DNA from: Chiloscyllium plagiosum
Lineage: Eukaryota
Assembly (NCBI RefSeq): GCF_004010195.1
Contig: NC_057718.1
Coordinates: 1,408,346-1,472,345, forward strand
Reading direction: 5' to 3'
Length of the DNA: 64,000 bases
Below the pieces are notes generated by a model that did not search any database, was not told the origin of the DNA, and saw only the letters and a program-made list of their open reading frames with translations. This document shows, piece by piece, positions 11,881 to 22,984 of this stretch. Numbering within the stretch: position 1 is the first letter of the stretch; each line of letters starts with the position of its first letter. The position numbers were made by a program, and so were the translations under genes.

Positions 11881-12867
11881 TTGAAACACAAACAAAAGAA
11901 AACAGAATTTAGAATAGCATAGCTATGGGAAAACTTAACTGACTTGATACAGCAACTTAACTAAGGAGCTGTTCCAATTCCCATAATATCCCATAAACAC
12001 ACTCCTTGGCAAAAGGTAAATTTAAACACCGGTTCTTACAGGCAGGAGAGAATTCAGATGAAACGTCATCCAGGGATCATCTGCTGAAGCATGGAACCTT
12101 TCTCTGGACTGCAGCAGTTTTCTGCTGCAACTGAACCAAACTAGAAAAAAGCTGAACTGGGAGAAATGCCATTCCCCTGCCATTGTTAAACTCAGGTTTT
12201 TACAGACATTTCAGCACCTCTGGCTTTAGGATCTCATATTTAAAAATCCCCAAGGATAAAATAACCTTGTTACAGTGACCATATCATCACAACATTGATC
12301 ATGTAGAAGAAGTCTACGTTACTTTTAATTCCTACTGCCTAACAAAAAGAAGTGAAGTTTGTAATTCTTTGACTCATAAATCTTTTACTAAGTTCTGTCT
12401 TGTGTGATTTACTTTCTGTAATAGGAAAAAAATTTCTAATGACAGCTAATAGCTAGTTCATAAATTGTGCAGCTCTTAATCTGGGATTTAAATATTAATG
12501 ACAGCTATTTTTGGTCTCACCAGATGGCATATTTAATATAAAATTGGCACATTTTTAACAGAACTAAAATTGCAAAATGGGTCTTCTTTCTCTGTCAAGC
12601 CCTCCTGAAGTAATTTACTGCATATATCACCAGTGGGCAAACTTGCGTGCGCTGCCAGGCAAAGATGCAGAGGCTGACATCCATAATGGAGAAAAGATAA
12701 AGATATCATCTGTCAACAAAGCAGATTGCATTCTCTTCATGCTGCTTGTTATTACCTGAATGAGTCATGGGCTTCTCACTCCTCCTCAATCTCCAGCAAT
12801 GTTCTTGTGTTAACCAGCACAGGAAATAAGAGCAGTTCCTAACACGGAACTTCAAAGTGTCTCTTCT

Positions 12868-13075
12868 AAAATGTGTTGCTGGAAAAGCGCAGCAGGTCAG
12901 GCAGCATCCAGGGAACAGGAGAATCGACGTTTCGGGCATAAGCCCTTCTTCAGGAATCAGGCTTATGCCCGAAACGTCGATTCTCCTGTTCCCTGGATGC
13001 TGCCTGACCTGCTGCACTTTTCCAGCAACACATTTTCAGCTCTGATCTCCAGCATCTGCAGACCTCACTTTCTCC
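12868..13075. mobile_element. Fold-back Penelope pLTR element with an intact hammerhead motif on the minus strand
   Basis: Near-perfect inverted arms; the reverse strand of 12926-12953 reads CTGAAGA-A-GGGC-TTAT-GCCC-GAAACGTC. Confidence 0.85.
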
Positions 13076-13552
13076 TCAGTACCATTGAGTTATGCTATTA
13101 TGTGAAACGCGCACACAATGGCCAAGCTTGAAGATTTAACAAGATTTGCACAAAACCATTGTCCTCAAGAGGAAATAATTCAACCCAATCAAATCCTTTA
13201 ATCATTTTAAACACATCAATTAGAATACTATTTCATCCTGTACACTGGGGAGAAGAGAAGTCTAGTCCATAATTTAACTATCAACTGCCATTATCAGTGA
13301 ACCCCCTTACCGGCAGCCTGAACTGTACTCTCCAGAGCAGAATGCAGTTTACTGAAGCTGATATCTGAGCAAGGAATGTTTCAGAGTGAAATGTGTGTGA
13401 CTCAAACAAGACTCCATTGATACTAGAGATGGTGATTGCTTTAACTCAGCAGGTTCAGGAGTGTCAGGGGTAGAGAGAAGGGAGTATAACAGCAGAATAT
13501 GACTCCCTTGTACTTTATCAGTTCTATGAACAATGAGCTTCCTGTTTCTCAG

Positions 13553-13711
13553 GTGGAGAAGTTAGCACGGACACTGTTCCTGTGGAAACTCGATGTCCAC
13601 GAGCAGAAGGAGCGAGTTTACGAGATGCGGCGATGGAACGAAGCGCTTGTCACCAACATGTTACCAGAACATGTTGCTCGGCACTTCCTCGGCTCCAAGA
13701 AGCGAGATGAG
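13553..13711 (+). CDS. ADCY3: Adenylate cyclase 3 exon (159 bp), start of the C2 cytoplasmic region
   Basis: [56 protein letters not shown] acceptor; GT donor (weak, GTTATC). Confidence 0.95.
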
Positions 13712-13859
13712 GTTATCAATAAATCACATTTATTATCCACGTTTCTGCTGCCTCTCTCTCTCTCCCCCCACTCCGCCTTTCTCTCCATCTCTCTCAGTCA
13801 AGCTCTGTCTGTTTCTTGCTCTCCATTTTACCCTTTCTCTCTGTCACCTCTCTTTATAT

Positions 13860-13890
<31 letters not shown>

Positions 13891-14014
13891 AATCACCCTC
13901 TTTTATTTAGTGTCCCTAACATCCTCTCTGTTACTCCTGATGCCTCCCTAACGGTGCTAACTTACACTAGATACTGTTATTAAAATGTTCGCTCAAATGT
14001 TTTCCAACCTGCAG

Positions 14015-14161
14015 GAATTGTATAGTCAGTCGTATGATGAGATTGGGGTCATGTTTGCATCAATCCCCAATTTCTCCGACTTTTACACCGAGGAGAGTAT
14101 TAACAATGGAGGCATTGAGTGTCTGCGATTCCTCAATGAAATTATCTCGGATTTTGATGGT
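14015..14161 (+). CDS. ADCY3: Adenylate cyclase 3 exon (147 bp), C2a catalytic domain
   Basis: [52 protein letters not shown] acceptor, GTAAGT donor. Confidence 0.96.
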
Positions 14162-14199
14162 GTAAGTAGAGGGTCTGAATTTTGTCAATTTATAACTGT

Positions 14200-15060
14200 A
14201 CAAGGTAATGTTCTGAGCACCCAGGTATGATTGCCGCTAGTTCAGATGGGGAGCAAGAATGATTGTCCTGAGCAAAGGTCATCACCAGATACTGACTGAA
14301 CTCCACTAGAGTCATCCAGGAGTGTCCAAAATGAAGATGTTGGCAAGATGTTATGTCTGGTGGCCAGGATTGGATGCCAACATAACCACGTTGGTAAGCA
14401 GTGCCAACATGGACAAAAATTACTGCAGCAGTTCCCCCCCCCATATTCATGGGAATGGCCGAGTAAACACTGGACTATACCAGTTCCTTCATGAGTTCGA
14501 TGCCTTTAGTCATTGTGGACGCCCATTCAAAGTGGTTGGACATGCATAGAGTTCATTCATCAAACATGGGGACAACAATTGAAAAATTGTGAGCATCTTT
14601 TGCATTACACAGACTCCCAGAAATGTTGGTCACAGATAATGGGCCATCATTTAACAGCAGGGAATTTGAGTATTTTCTAAAGTTGAATAGGATTCAATAT
14701 GTAAAGACAGCTCCACCCATTGTCCAATGGTCTGGCAGAAAGAGCCGTGCAAATTTCGAAGGTAGGCTTAAAGAAACAGCCTACAGCTTCACCCAATACC
14801 ACACTCTCCCAGTTCCTGTTTAATTATAGGACCACCCCTCATGCTTCTACAGGGATAGCTCCAACAGAGCTGCTAATGGAGAGAAGAATTTGCAGCAGTT
14901 TAAACCTGATCTTCCCAGACTTGCAGGGGAGGGTGAAATGGCATCAGAACGCCAATAACTTACATAAGACCCTTTAAGCAGAGAAACAGTTTACTTCAGG
15001 GGATGAAGCTAGGTGTGTGGACACGGAAATCACTCTGCAAGAGTAAGATACATGATCGAG
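14200..15060 (+). mobile_element. Degenerate Ty3/Gypsy LTR-retrotransposon integrase fragment
   Basis: Frameshifted segments HPGVSKMKMLARCYVWWPGLD, VDAHSKW, LVTDNGPSFNSREF, SNGLAERAVQ and FLFNYRTTPHASTGIAPTELL (zinc-binding region and DDE core). Confidence 0.88.
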
Positions 15061-15289
15061 CGAGGTCAGGTTTTGTGATGTATAACAGGGACAGGTTGGG
15101 AGCGAGAGGGGTGCGGTGTTGGACGGGGTTGAGGGTGAGAGGAGGGCCGTGTTGGTTGGGGTTGGGGGGCGAGCGTCGGTGAGGTGTTGGGCAGGGTTGG
15201 GGGGTCGGGGGTTCACGTGCGGTGTGCTGCTGCCTCCTGCAGAGACCTGGGATAGGTCCCATCTGGCCCTGGGGACCTACCTACCCTAA

Positions 15290-16230
15290 TGCAATTTAGA
15301 ATACCCGAAATTTCCTCCTTCAATATGTTGACATTCGCTGGATAACACACTCATCCCTAACCTCAACATCAGATATGCCCTAGTCCTTGGTGAATACTAA
15401 TACAAAGTACTCATCAAGGATCTCTCCCACCTCCTGTGGCTTCATGCATAACTTCCCTCTCTGTTTTAATATCTGCATAAAAAGCCCTGGGAATCTCCTT
15501 GATCCTGTTTGCAGAAGATATTTCATGGCTCCTTTTAGCCTTCCTAATTCCATGTTTAAGTTCCTTCCTAATTTCTGTATACCCCTCGAGGGCTTCATCA
15601 GTTTGTAGCTGCCTAAACCTATTATGTGCTTCCTTTTTTGTACAATATTCCTTGTCACCCATAGTTCCTGAATCCTGCCATTCCTATCCTCCAGTTTTGC
15701 AGGTACATGCATATCCTGCATTTGAATGAGCTGGTCTTTAAAAGCCTCCCACATGCCAGACATAGATTTGCCCTCAAGTAACTGTTCCCAATCCATATTC
15801 CCCAGTTTCTGGCTAAGTTGGATGTAATTGGCCCTTCGCCCAGTTAAGCACCCTCACCCAAGGACCACTCTTGTCTTTGTCCATGACTACTCGAAACGTT
15901 GTGGAGTTATGGTCATTAGGCCCAAAATGCTCTCCTACTGAAACATCGATCAACTGTCCTGGCTCATTCCCTAATACCAAGTTCAGTATGGCCTCCTCTC
16001 TGTATGTTGGATTGTCAACACACTGTCTCAAAAAGCTCTCCTGGTCACATCGAACAAATCCATCTGACCTCCTGGCTCTAAGGTTGTCCCAGTGAATAAG
16101 AGGAATATTAAACTCACCCACCAGAGGTACCGTGCTTTTTTCACAACGTCCCAGTATCTGACTTCATATCTGCTCCTCTGTCTCTCCTGGGCTGATAGAA
16201 GGCCTATAGAAAACTCCCAACATTATGATT
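15290..16230 (-). mobile_element. CR1 ORF2 fragment (end of endonuclease)
   Basis: GEFNIPLIHWD...AILNLVLGNEPGQ...EHFGPNDHN in ORF 15813..16121. Confidence 0.85.
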
Positions 16231-16236
16231 TCATGA

Positions 16237-16421
16237 TGTAGTGTTTGGAATGAGGTCAGTCAGGTTAACCTGGTCCAATTAGGGAGCCCTAGCTATCAAA
16301 TATAAACAGGAGTGTCAGGGGTCTGCTCACTCTAAGAGCTGGGTCAGTGTCATGTACTGTGCACATGTCAATAAAGGGTGACTTGGTAACAGGATTCTGG
16401 CAGCCGTGGAGTTATGTCGAC
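16237..16421 (+). mobile_element. Short LTR-like segment, possibly belonging to the Gypsy element
   Basis: TGT...ACA ends, internal TATAAA and AATAAA. Confidence 0.4.
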
Positions 16422-16635
16422 ATCCTCATGTTCAAATATTCCATCACCTTAGTTCTCCCTGTTTCCACAACTTGAGACTTGGAAATTGCGAGTTCTCATT
16501 CAGCTTGTGCCTGCCTTATCTGATCGTCAAGAAGTGACTACTATCACTGAATGCCTGAGGTCTGATTGAAGGGTCTCCTACTGTGGTTTTAAAGTTTAAA
16601 TTCTATTCCCACTGTTGTATTCTTCTCTTTCTCAG

Positions 16636-16755
16636 TTATTGGATGAACCTCAGTTCCGAAACATCACCAAAATCAAGACCATTGGGAGCACCTATATGGC
16701 AGCATCCGGCTTAATCCCAGACACCAATCCCAGCAGTTACAACAGTACTGTCAAA
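16636..16755 (+). CDS. ADCY3: Adenylate cyclase 3 exon (120 bp), C2a catalytic domain
   Basis: [40 protein letters not shown], containing the [14 protein letters not shown] cyclase motif; polypyrimidine-CAG acceptor, GTAAGT donor. Confidence 0.96.
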
Positions 16756-16824
16756 GTAAGTGCTTCTTGAGTGAGTGACTGAGTCAGCGAGAGATTTGGA
16801 CAAAGTTTGCCCATTTGGGCTGCA

Positions 16825-17655
16825 ACTTGTGAAACTTGAAAGAGTTCAGAAAAGATTTACAAGGATGTTGCCAGGGTTGGAGGATTTGAGCTATAGGGAG
16901 AGGCTGAACAGGCTAGGGCTGTTTTCCCTGGAGCGTCAGAGGCTGAGTGGGGACCTTATAGAGTTTTATAAGATCATGAGGGGCATGGATAGGATAAATA
17001 GACAAAGTCTTTTCTCTGGAGTGGGAGAGTACAGAACAAGAGGGCTAGGTTTAGGGTGAGAGGGGAAAGATATAAAAGAGACCTAAGGGACAACTTTTTC
17101 ATGCAAAGGGTGGTACATGTATGGAATGAGCTGCCAGAGGAAATGGTGGAAGCTGGTACAATTACAGCATTTAAAAGGCATTTGGATGGGTATATGAATA
17201 GGAAGGGTTTGGAGGGATGCTGGCAGGTGGGACTACATTGGGTTGGAATTAGTGAGTTTTGAGAAGATTTGTAGATTGGCTCGGGGTATCTGGTCAGCAT
17301 GGATGGGTTGGACCGAAGCGTCTGTTTCCGTGCTGTGTATCTCTATGGTTCTGTGAACACAGGGATTGTACACAAAACACAGGAAACTAGTACGCAGGGA
17401 GTCAGGAAGGCTCATGGACTGTTGGCCCTTATTTCAAAGAGGTTGATGTGTAAGAGTACAGAAGTCTTTATTGCAACTGCACAAGGTGCTAATGAGACCA
17501 CATCCGGAGCTCTGAGAGTGTTTTTGATCCCGTTATTTCAGGAGAGATATCATTTCATTAGAGGCAGGTATATTGGGATGATTCCTGGTACAGAGGAATT
17601 GTATTGTAAGCAAAGGCTAAACACGTTGGGACTCTATATTAGAATTCAGAAAATG
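16825..17655 (+). mobile_element. CR1 3' fragments
   Basis: LERVQKRFTRMLPGLEDLSYRERLNRLGLFSLE; FFMQRVVHVWNELP; CTCTATG-type tail. Confidence 0.88.
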
Positions 17656-17721
17656 TGACCGCCAGTTAATCTTACTCATTGGCACATTTATTAACTTTTT
17701 TATTCTCACTCTTTTTTACAG

Positions 17722-17851
17722 AAGGATCAAGAAAAATCCATGAAGGAACGCTGGCAGCACCTGGCAGACCTGGCAGACTTTGCACTGGCCATGAAAGTCA
17801 CTTTAATGAACATTAATTATCAATCATTTAATAACTTCATGCTACGCATTG
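17722..17851 (+). CDS. ADCY3: Adenylate cyclase 3 exon (130 bp), C2a catalytic domain
   Basis: [43 protein letters not shown](G); CAG-AAG tandem acceptor, GTAAGA donor. Confidence 0.95.
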
Positions 17852-17872
17852 GTAAGAGTGGTTAATGTAATT

Positions 17873-18092
17873 TCACCATGTCTTAGACTAAAGTGATCTC
17901 AACATGAGTCAGATTAAAGTGGTCTCCATGTATCTCAGATTAAATAATATCAGTGTGTCTCAGATTAAAGTGATCTCACTGTGTTTCAGATTAAAGTAAT
18001 TTCTAAAATTAAAGTAATCTCACCATGTCTGAGATTTAAGTGACCTCTTCATCTTAAATTTAAGCAATTTCACTGTGTCTCAGATGAAAGTA
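17873..18092 (+). repeat. Degenerate tandem repeat, unit about 26-32 bp
   Basis: Repeated TCTCAGATTAAAGT(G/A)ATCTCAC(C/T)(A/G)TG units just after the last ADCY3 exon. Confidence 0.8.
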
Positions 18093-18094
18093 GT

Positions 18095-20425
18095 TTTGTA
18101 CAACCCAACAATCCATGTTGACCAAATTTCCTAAACTCAACTAGTTCCATCTTTGCTTCCAGCTTTGACAAAGTGTCAGTTAGATTCGAAACGTCAGCTC
18201 TTTTCTCTCCTTACAGATGCTGCCAGACCTGCTGAGATTTTCCAGCGTTTTTTCTTTTCGTTCCATCTTCCTGTGTTTGGGCAATTATCCATCTAAGCTA
18301 TTCTTATCCATGTACTTGTCCAAATGTCTTTTAAATGTTGTAATTGCACCCATCTCTGCTACTTCCTCTGGCAGCTCATTCCAAATACACACCACCCTCT
18401 GTGTGAAAATGTTGCCCCTCAGGTCCCTTTTAAATCTTTCCCCTCTCACCTTAAAGCCATGCCTCTGGTTTTGGACTCTCCTATCCTGGGGAAAAGACCT
18501 TAGCTATTCACCTTTTCTAAATCCCTTATAAACATCTATATGGTCACCCCTGAGTCTCAGATGCTCCAGGTAAAAAAGTCCCAGCCTATCCGGCCTCTTC
18601 TTGTAACTCAAACTTCCCAGTCTCAGTAATATTCTTTCCAGTTTAATATGATCCATCCGAAACTAAGGCAACCAGAATTGTATGTTGTACTCTAAATGAG
18701 CCTCACAATATCTTGTACAGCCATAGTATGACATTCTAACTCCTGTACTCAATGCTCTGACCAATGAAGGCATGTGTGTCAAACGCCTCCTTCACCACCC
18801 TATCTACCTGTGATGCCACTTTCAAGGAACTATGTACCTGCACTCCAAGCTGTTTGACAACACTCCTCAGGGTGCTAACATTAATTGTGCAAGTTCAGCC
18901 CTGGTTAGTCTTATCAACTTTAGAAAAAAAATACGGGGCACGGACTATTTTCTAAAGGGCGTGAAAATTCATTAAGCCAAAGTACAAAGGGATCTGGGAG
19001 TGTTGGTCTAGGATTCTCTAAAGATGTGGATGCTTTGGAATGGATTCAGAGGAGGTTTACCAGGATGATGCCTGGACTGGAGGTCTTATCTTATGAAGAG
19101 AGGTTGACTGAGCTCGGACTTTTTTCATTGGAGAAAAGGAGGAGGAGAGGGGACCTAATTGAGGTATACAAGGTAATGAGAGGCATAGATAGAGTCGATA
19201 GCCAGAGACTATTTCCCAGGGCAGAAATGACTAACATGAGGGGTCATAGTTTTAAGCTGGTTGGAGGAAAGTATAGAGGGGATGTCAGAGGCGGGTTCTT
19301 TACACAGAGAGTTGTGAGAGCATGGAATGCATTGCCAGCAGCAGTTGTGGAAGCAAGGTCATTGGGGACATTTAAGAGACTGCTGGACATGCATATGGTC
19401 ACAGAAATTTGAGGGTGCATACATGAGGATCAATGATCGGCACAACATCGTGGGCTGAAGGGCCTGTTCTGTGCCGTACTGTTCTATATTCTATGTTCTA
19501 TGACTGGGGGCATTCTGGTGAAGTTTGCCGACAGGCAGGTCGTTCTGAGGAGGTGGGGAGGCTGCAGAAAGATTTAGACAGTTTAGGGGAGTGGTCCAAG
19601 AAATGGCTGAGGAAATTCAACGTGAGCAAATGCGAGGTCTTGCACTTCGGAAAAAAAAATACAGGGACGGACTATTTTCTAAACAGTGAGAAAATTCATT
19701 AAGCCAAAGTACGAAGGGATCTTGGAGTGCTACTCCAGGATTCTTTAAAGGTTAACTTGCAGGTTGAGTCTGTGGTTAAGAAAGCAAAAGTAATGTTGTC
19801 ATTTATCTCAAGAGGGTTGGAATGTAAAAACAGCGATGTGCTACTGAGACTTTGTAAAGCTTTGGTTAGGCCCCATTTAGAATACTGTGTCCGGTTTTGG
19901 GCCCCACACCTCAGGAGGGATATACTGGCACTGGAGCGTGTCCGGTAGAGATTCACACGGATGATCCCTGGAATGGGAGGCCTAACATATGATGAACAGC
20001 TGAGGATCCTGGGATTGTATTCATTAGACTTAGAAGGTTGAGGGCAGATCTAATAGGAACTTACAAGATAAAGCATGGTTTAGAAAGGGTGGATGCTGGG
20101 AAGTTGTTTCCGTCAGGATACTAGGACCCATGGGCACAGCCTTAGAATTAGAGGGGGTCAATTTAAAACGGAAATGAAGAAACACTTCTTCAGCCAAAGA
20201 GCGGTGGGCCTGTGGAATTCATTTCCACGGAGCGCAGTGGAGGCTGGGATGCTGAATGTCTTCAAGGCAGAGATTGATAAAGTCTTAATCTCGCAAGGAA
20301 TTAAGGGATATGGGGAGAGTGTGGGTAAGTGACGTTGAAATGCCCATCAGCCATGATTGAATGGTGGAGTGGACTCCATAGGCTGAATGGCCTTACTTCC
20401 ACTCCTATGTCCCATGGTCTTATCA
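18095..20425. mobile_element. CR1 3' fragments (minus 18095-18920; plus 18920-20425 with a further copy at 19026-19503) and a pLTR insert at 18154-18259
   Basis: ALVRPHLEYCVRFWAPH and FFTQRVVRAWNALP; GTTCCATCTT TSD at 18144-18153 and 18260-18269. Confidence 0.85.
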
Positions 20426-20448
20426 AAATGCCTTGATGTGGAGGAGAC

Positions 20449-20944
20449 GGTGTTGGACTGGGGTGGACAAAGTTAAAAATCACACAACACCAGGTTATAG
20501 TCCTACAGGTTTAATTGGAAGCACACTAGCTTTCGGAGCGCTGCTCCTTCATCAGGTGATTGTGGAGAAAAAGACTGTAAGATACAGAATTTATAGCAAA
20601 AGTTTAGAGTTTGATGCAATTGAAATGATATATTGAATAAACCGAGATTGCTGTTAAGTCTTTCATCCTTTAGAATGAGTTGCAGGTTTCGGTTCATTAA
20701 TATGTAAATCTCAGAACCACTTTTAAATCGCATTCTCAAGATAACTTAAGGTTTGATAAAATAAAGGTGACATCTCAGCTCAGTGCATGAAAGGTGTGAG
20801 ATTAAAGTCTGTCTGTGTCCCAATAATGAGTCAGACTGGTTATCTTTCCAAATTTACAAAATATTACATGTATTGACTGCCTGTCGGTTATGCATTTTTT
20901 GAGCAAAATAGAATGTATCTGCAAATATAATTCTGCAAATACAT
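20449..20944 (-). mobile_element. Penelope-like terminus, family 2, with hammerhead motif
   Basis: The reverse strand of 20524-20558 reads CAC-CTGATGA-A-GGAGC-AGC-GCTCC-GAAAGCTA-GTG; the same family occurs at 24890-25305. Confidence 0.75.
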
Positions 20945-21444
20945 NNNNNNNNNNNNNNNNNNNNNNNNNNNNNNNNNNNNNNNNNNNNNNNNNNNNNNNN
21001 NNNNNNNNNNNNNNNNNNNNNNNNNNNNNNNNNNNNNNNNNNNNNNNNNNNNNNNNNNNNNNNNNNNNNNNNNNNNNNNNNNNNNNNNNNNNNNNNNNNN
21101 NNNNNNNNNNNNNNNNNNNNNNNNNNNNNNNNNNNNNNNNNNNNNNNNNNNNNNNNNNNNNNNNNNNNNNNNNNNNNNNNNNNNNNNNNNNNNNNNNNNN
21201 NNNNNNNNNNNNNNNNNNNNNNNNNNNNNNNNNNNNNNNNNNNNNNNNNNNNNNNNNNNNNNNNNNNNNNNNNNNNNNNNNNNNNNNNNNNNNNNNNNNN
21301 NNNNNNNNNNNNNNNNNNNNNNNNNNNNNNNNNNNNNNNNNNNNNNNNNNNNNNNNNNNNNNNNNNNNNNNNNNNNNNNNNNNNNNNNNNNNNNNNNNNN
21401 NNNNNNNNNNNNNNNNNNNNNNNNNNNNNNNNNNNNNNNNNNNN
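20945..21444. other. Assembly gap, exactly 500 N
   Basis: N run counted from the coordinates. The other gaps (24211-24730, 49799-50716, 52083-52446) are 520, 918 and 364 N. Confidence 0.99.
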
Positions 21445-21687
21445 AGTCTGGTAGTATCTGTGAACAAGAGAAACAGAATGAACGTTTTGAGTCTGGTCAG
21501 ACTCTTCTTTAGAACAGTGGATTGAATGGGTGGATGGAGTCAGTGGTAGGGGAGAATGTGCATGGCATTTCATAATTCCTTCTTTCCTCACATTACATTG
21601 ATCAAATGCAGCTCCACTGTGATGTCATCAAATTTAGCTGCAAATTGGTCAGTCTGTTGGACTCTATTCAACAAACACAGCACGTAC

Positions 21688-21822
21688 ATTAAAACTGGCT
21701 TGATGGCATTTTTGATGTTTCCATACGCTGCACGGCCCAGCAACTCTCGGAGGCAACCTTCAGCTACAGCAGCAGGACTCTCCTTCTCCTTCTCAGTTGC
21801 TTGCAGTGGTGATGGCGAACGA
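21688..21822 (-). CDS. EFR3B: EFR3B coding exon 7 (135 bp)
   Basis: RSPSPLQATEKEKESPAAVAEGCLRELLGRAAYGNIKNAIKPVL(M); TAG acceptor, GTACGT donor. Confidence 0.95.
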
Positions 21823-22121
21823 CTAAAAAGATTTATTAAAGAGAATTAGAACTTTTCAAGAGATGCCAAATTCAGCAGCTAAAAACTAGAGATAGCAAGA
21901 AGAGATACAAAAATGAGTGAAGAATGTAGGAGGGCATCCCAGGCAGAACTAAAAATGAGCTGGTGAAGCTACACCACAGGACTACTAGCATGCCAAACAG
22001 TATGGTAGTAAGTGTTAGAGCTAAGCGATTGCACAAACAATGAATCAAATCTAAGCTCTGCAGTCCACCTACATCCAGGTTTGAATGGTGATGGACATTT
22101 AAACAATTGACAGGAAGTGAA

Positions 22122-22515
22122 GTTCAGGTTGTGAGTTTGTTCGCTGAGCTGGTAGGTTTGTTCTCAAACATTTCATCACCATGCTAGGTACCATAATCAG
22201 TGAGCCTCTGCTAAAGCCTCTGTTCCCCACCACTTCCTATTTATGTGTCTTGGTCTGTTACGGCGGGTGATATTATTTCCAATTTGCAGCAAGCTCCGTT
22301 GGACAACAAATAAAAAGAACTGGAAACGATATCACCCACCGTAACAGACCAAGACACATAAATAGGAAGTGGGCCAGAACATCAGTGCTTTCACAGAGGC
22401 TCACTGATGAGGGTACCTAGCATGGTGATGAAATGTCTGAGAACAAACCTACCAGCTCAGTGAACAAACTCACAACCTGAACCTCAACCCGAGTTACATA
22501 TCTTCTCAAAAACCG
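22122..22515. mobile_element. Fold-back Penelope-like element, further family, inserted in a LINE
   Basis: Long inverted arms (GTTCAGGTTGTGAGTTTGTTC...GAACAAACTCACAACCTGAAC); CTCA-CTGATGA...GAAATGTC-TGAG at 22400-22441; CAGGAAGTG direct repeats at 22111 and 22516. Confidence 0.8.
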
Positions 22516-22984
22516 CAGGAAGTGGAGTCTCTACAAATATTTAAATGGGACAGTTATTAAACAGATCTAGTAACTCAATAATGGGCATCCATCAACAGCA
22601 GCAGAATTGTATTCCAGCATAATCTGAAACGTCATGGCCCAGCATATCCCCCAGTCAACCATTACAATCAGGCCAGGGGATCAATCCTGGTTCAATAGAG
22701 AGTGCAGGAGGGCACGCCAGGACCAGTACCAGGCGTACCTGAAAATGAGGTGTCATATTGGTGAAGCTACCAAACAGAACTAATTCTATGCCAAACGGCA
22801 TAAGCAGCAAGTGACAGACAGAGATAAGCAATTCCACAATGAACAGATCAAATCTAAGCTCTGCAGTCCTGCCACATCCAAACATGAATGGTGGTGGACA
22901 ATTAAACAACTCACTGGAGGATGAGGCTCCACAAATATCCCCATCCTCAATGATGGAGAATCCAACACATCAGTGCAAAAGATA

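Noticed and set aside
13712..13951. Hydrophobic, transmembrane-like extension of ORF 13499..13951
   Set aside because: Read-through into a (CT)n-rich intron; ADCY3 homology resumes at 14015.
13553..17851. ADCY3 processed pseudogene or retrocopy
   Set aside because: The exons are separated by GT-AG introns and contain no stops or frameshifts.
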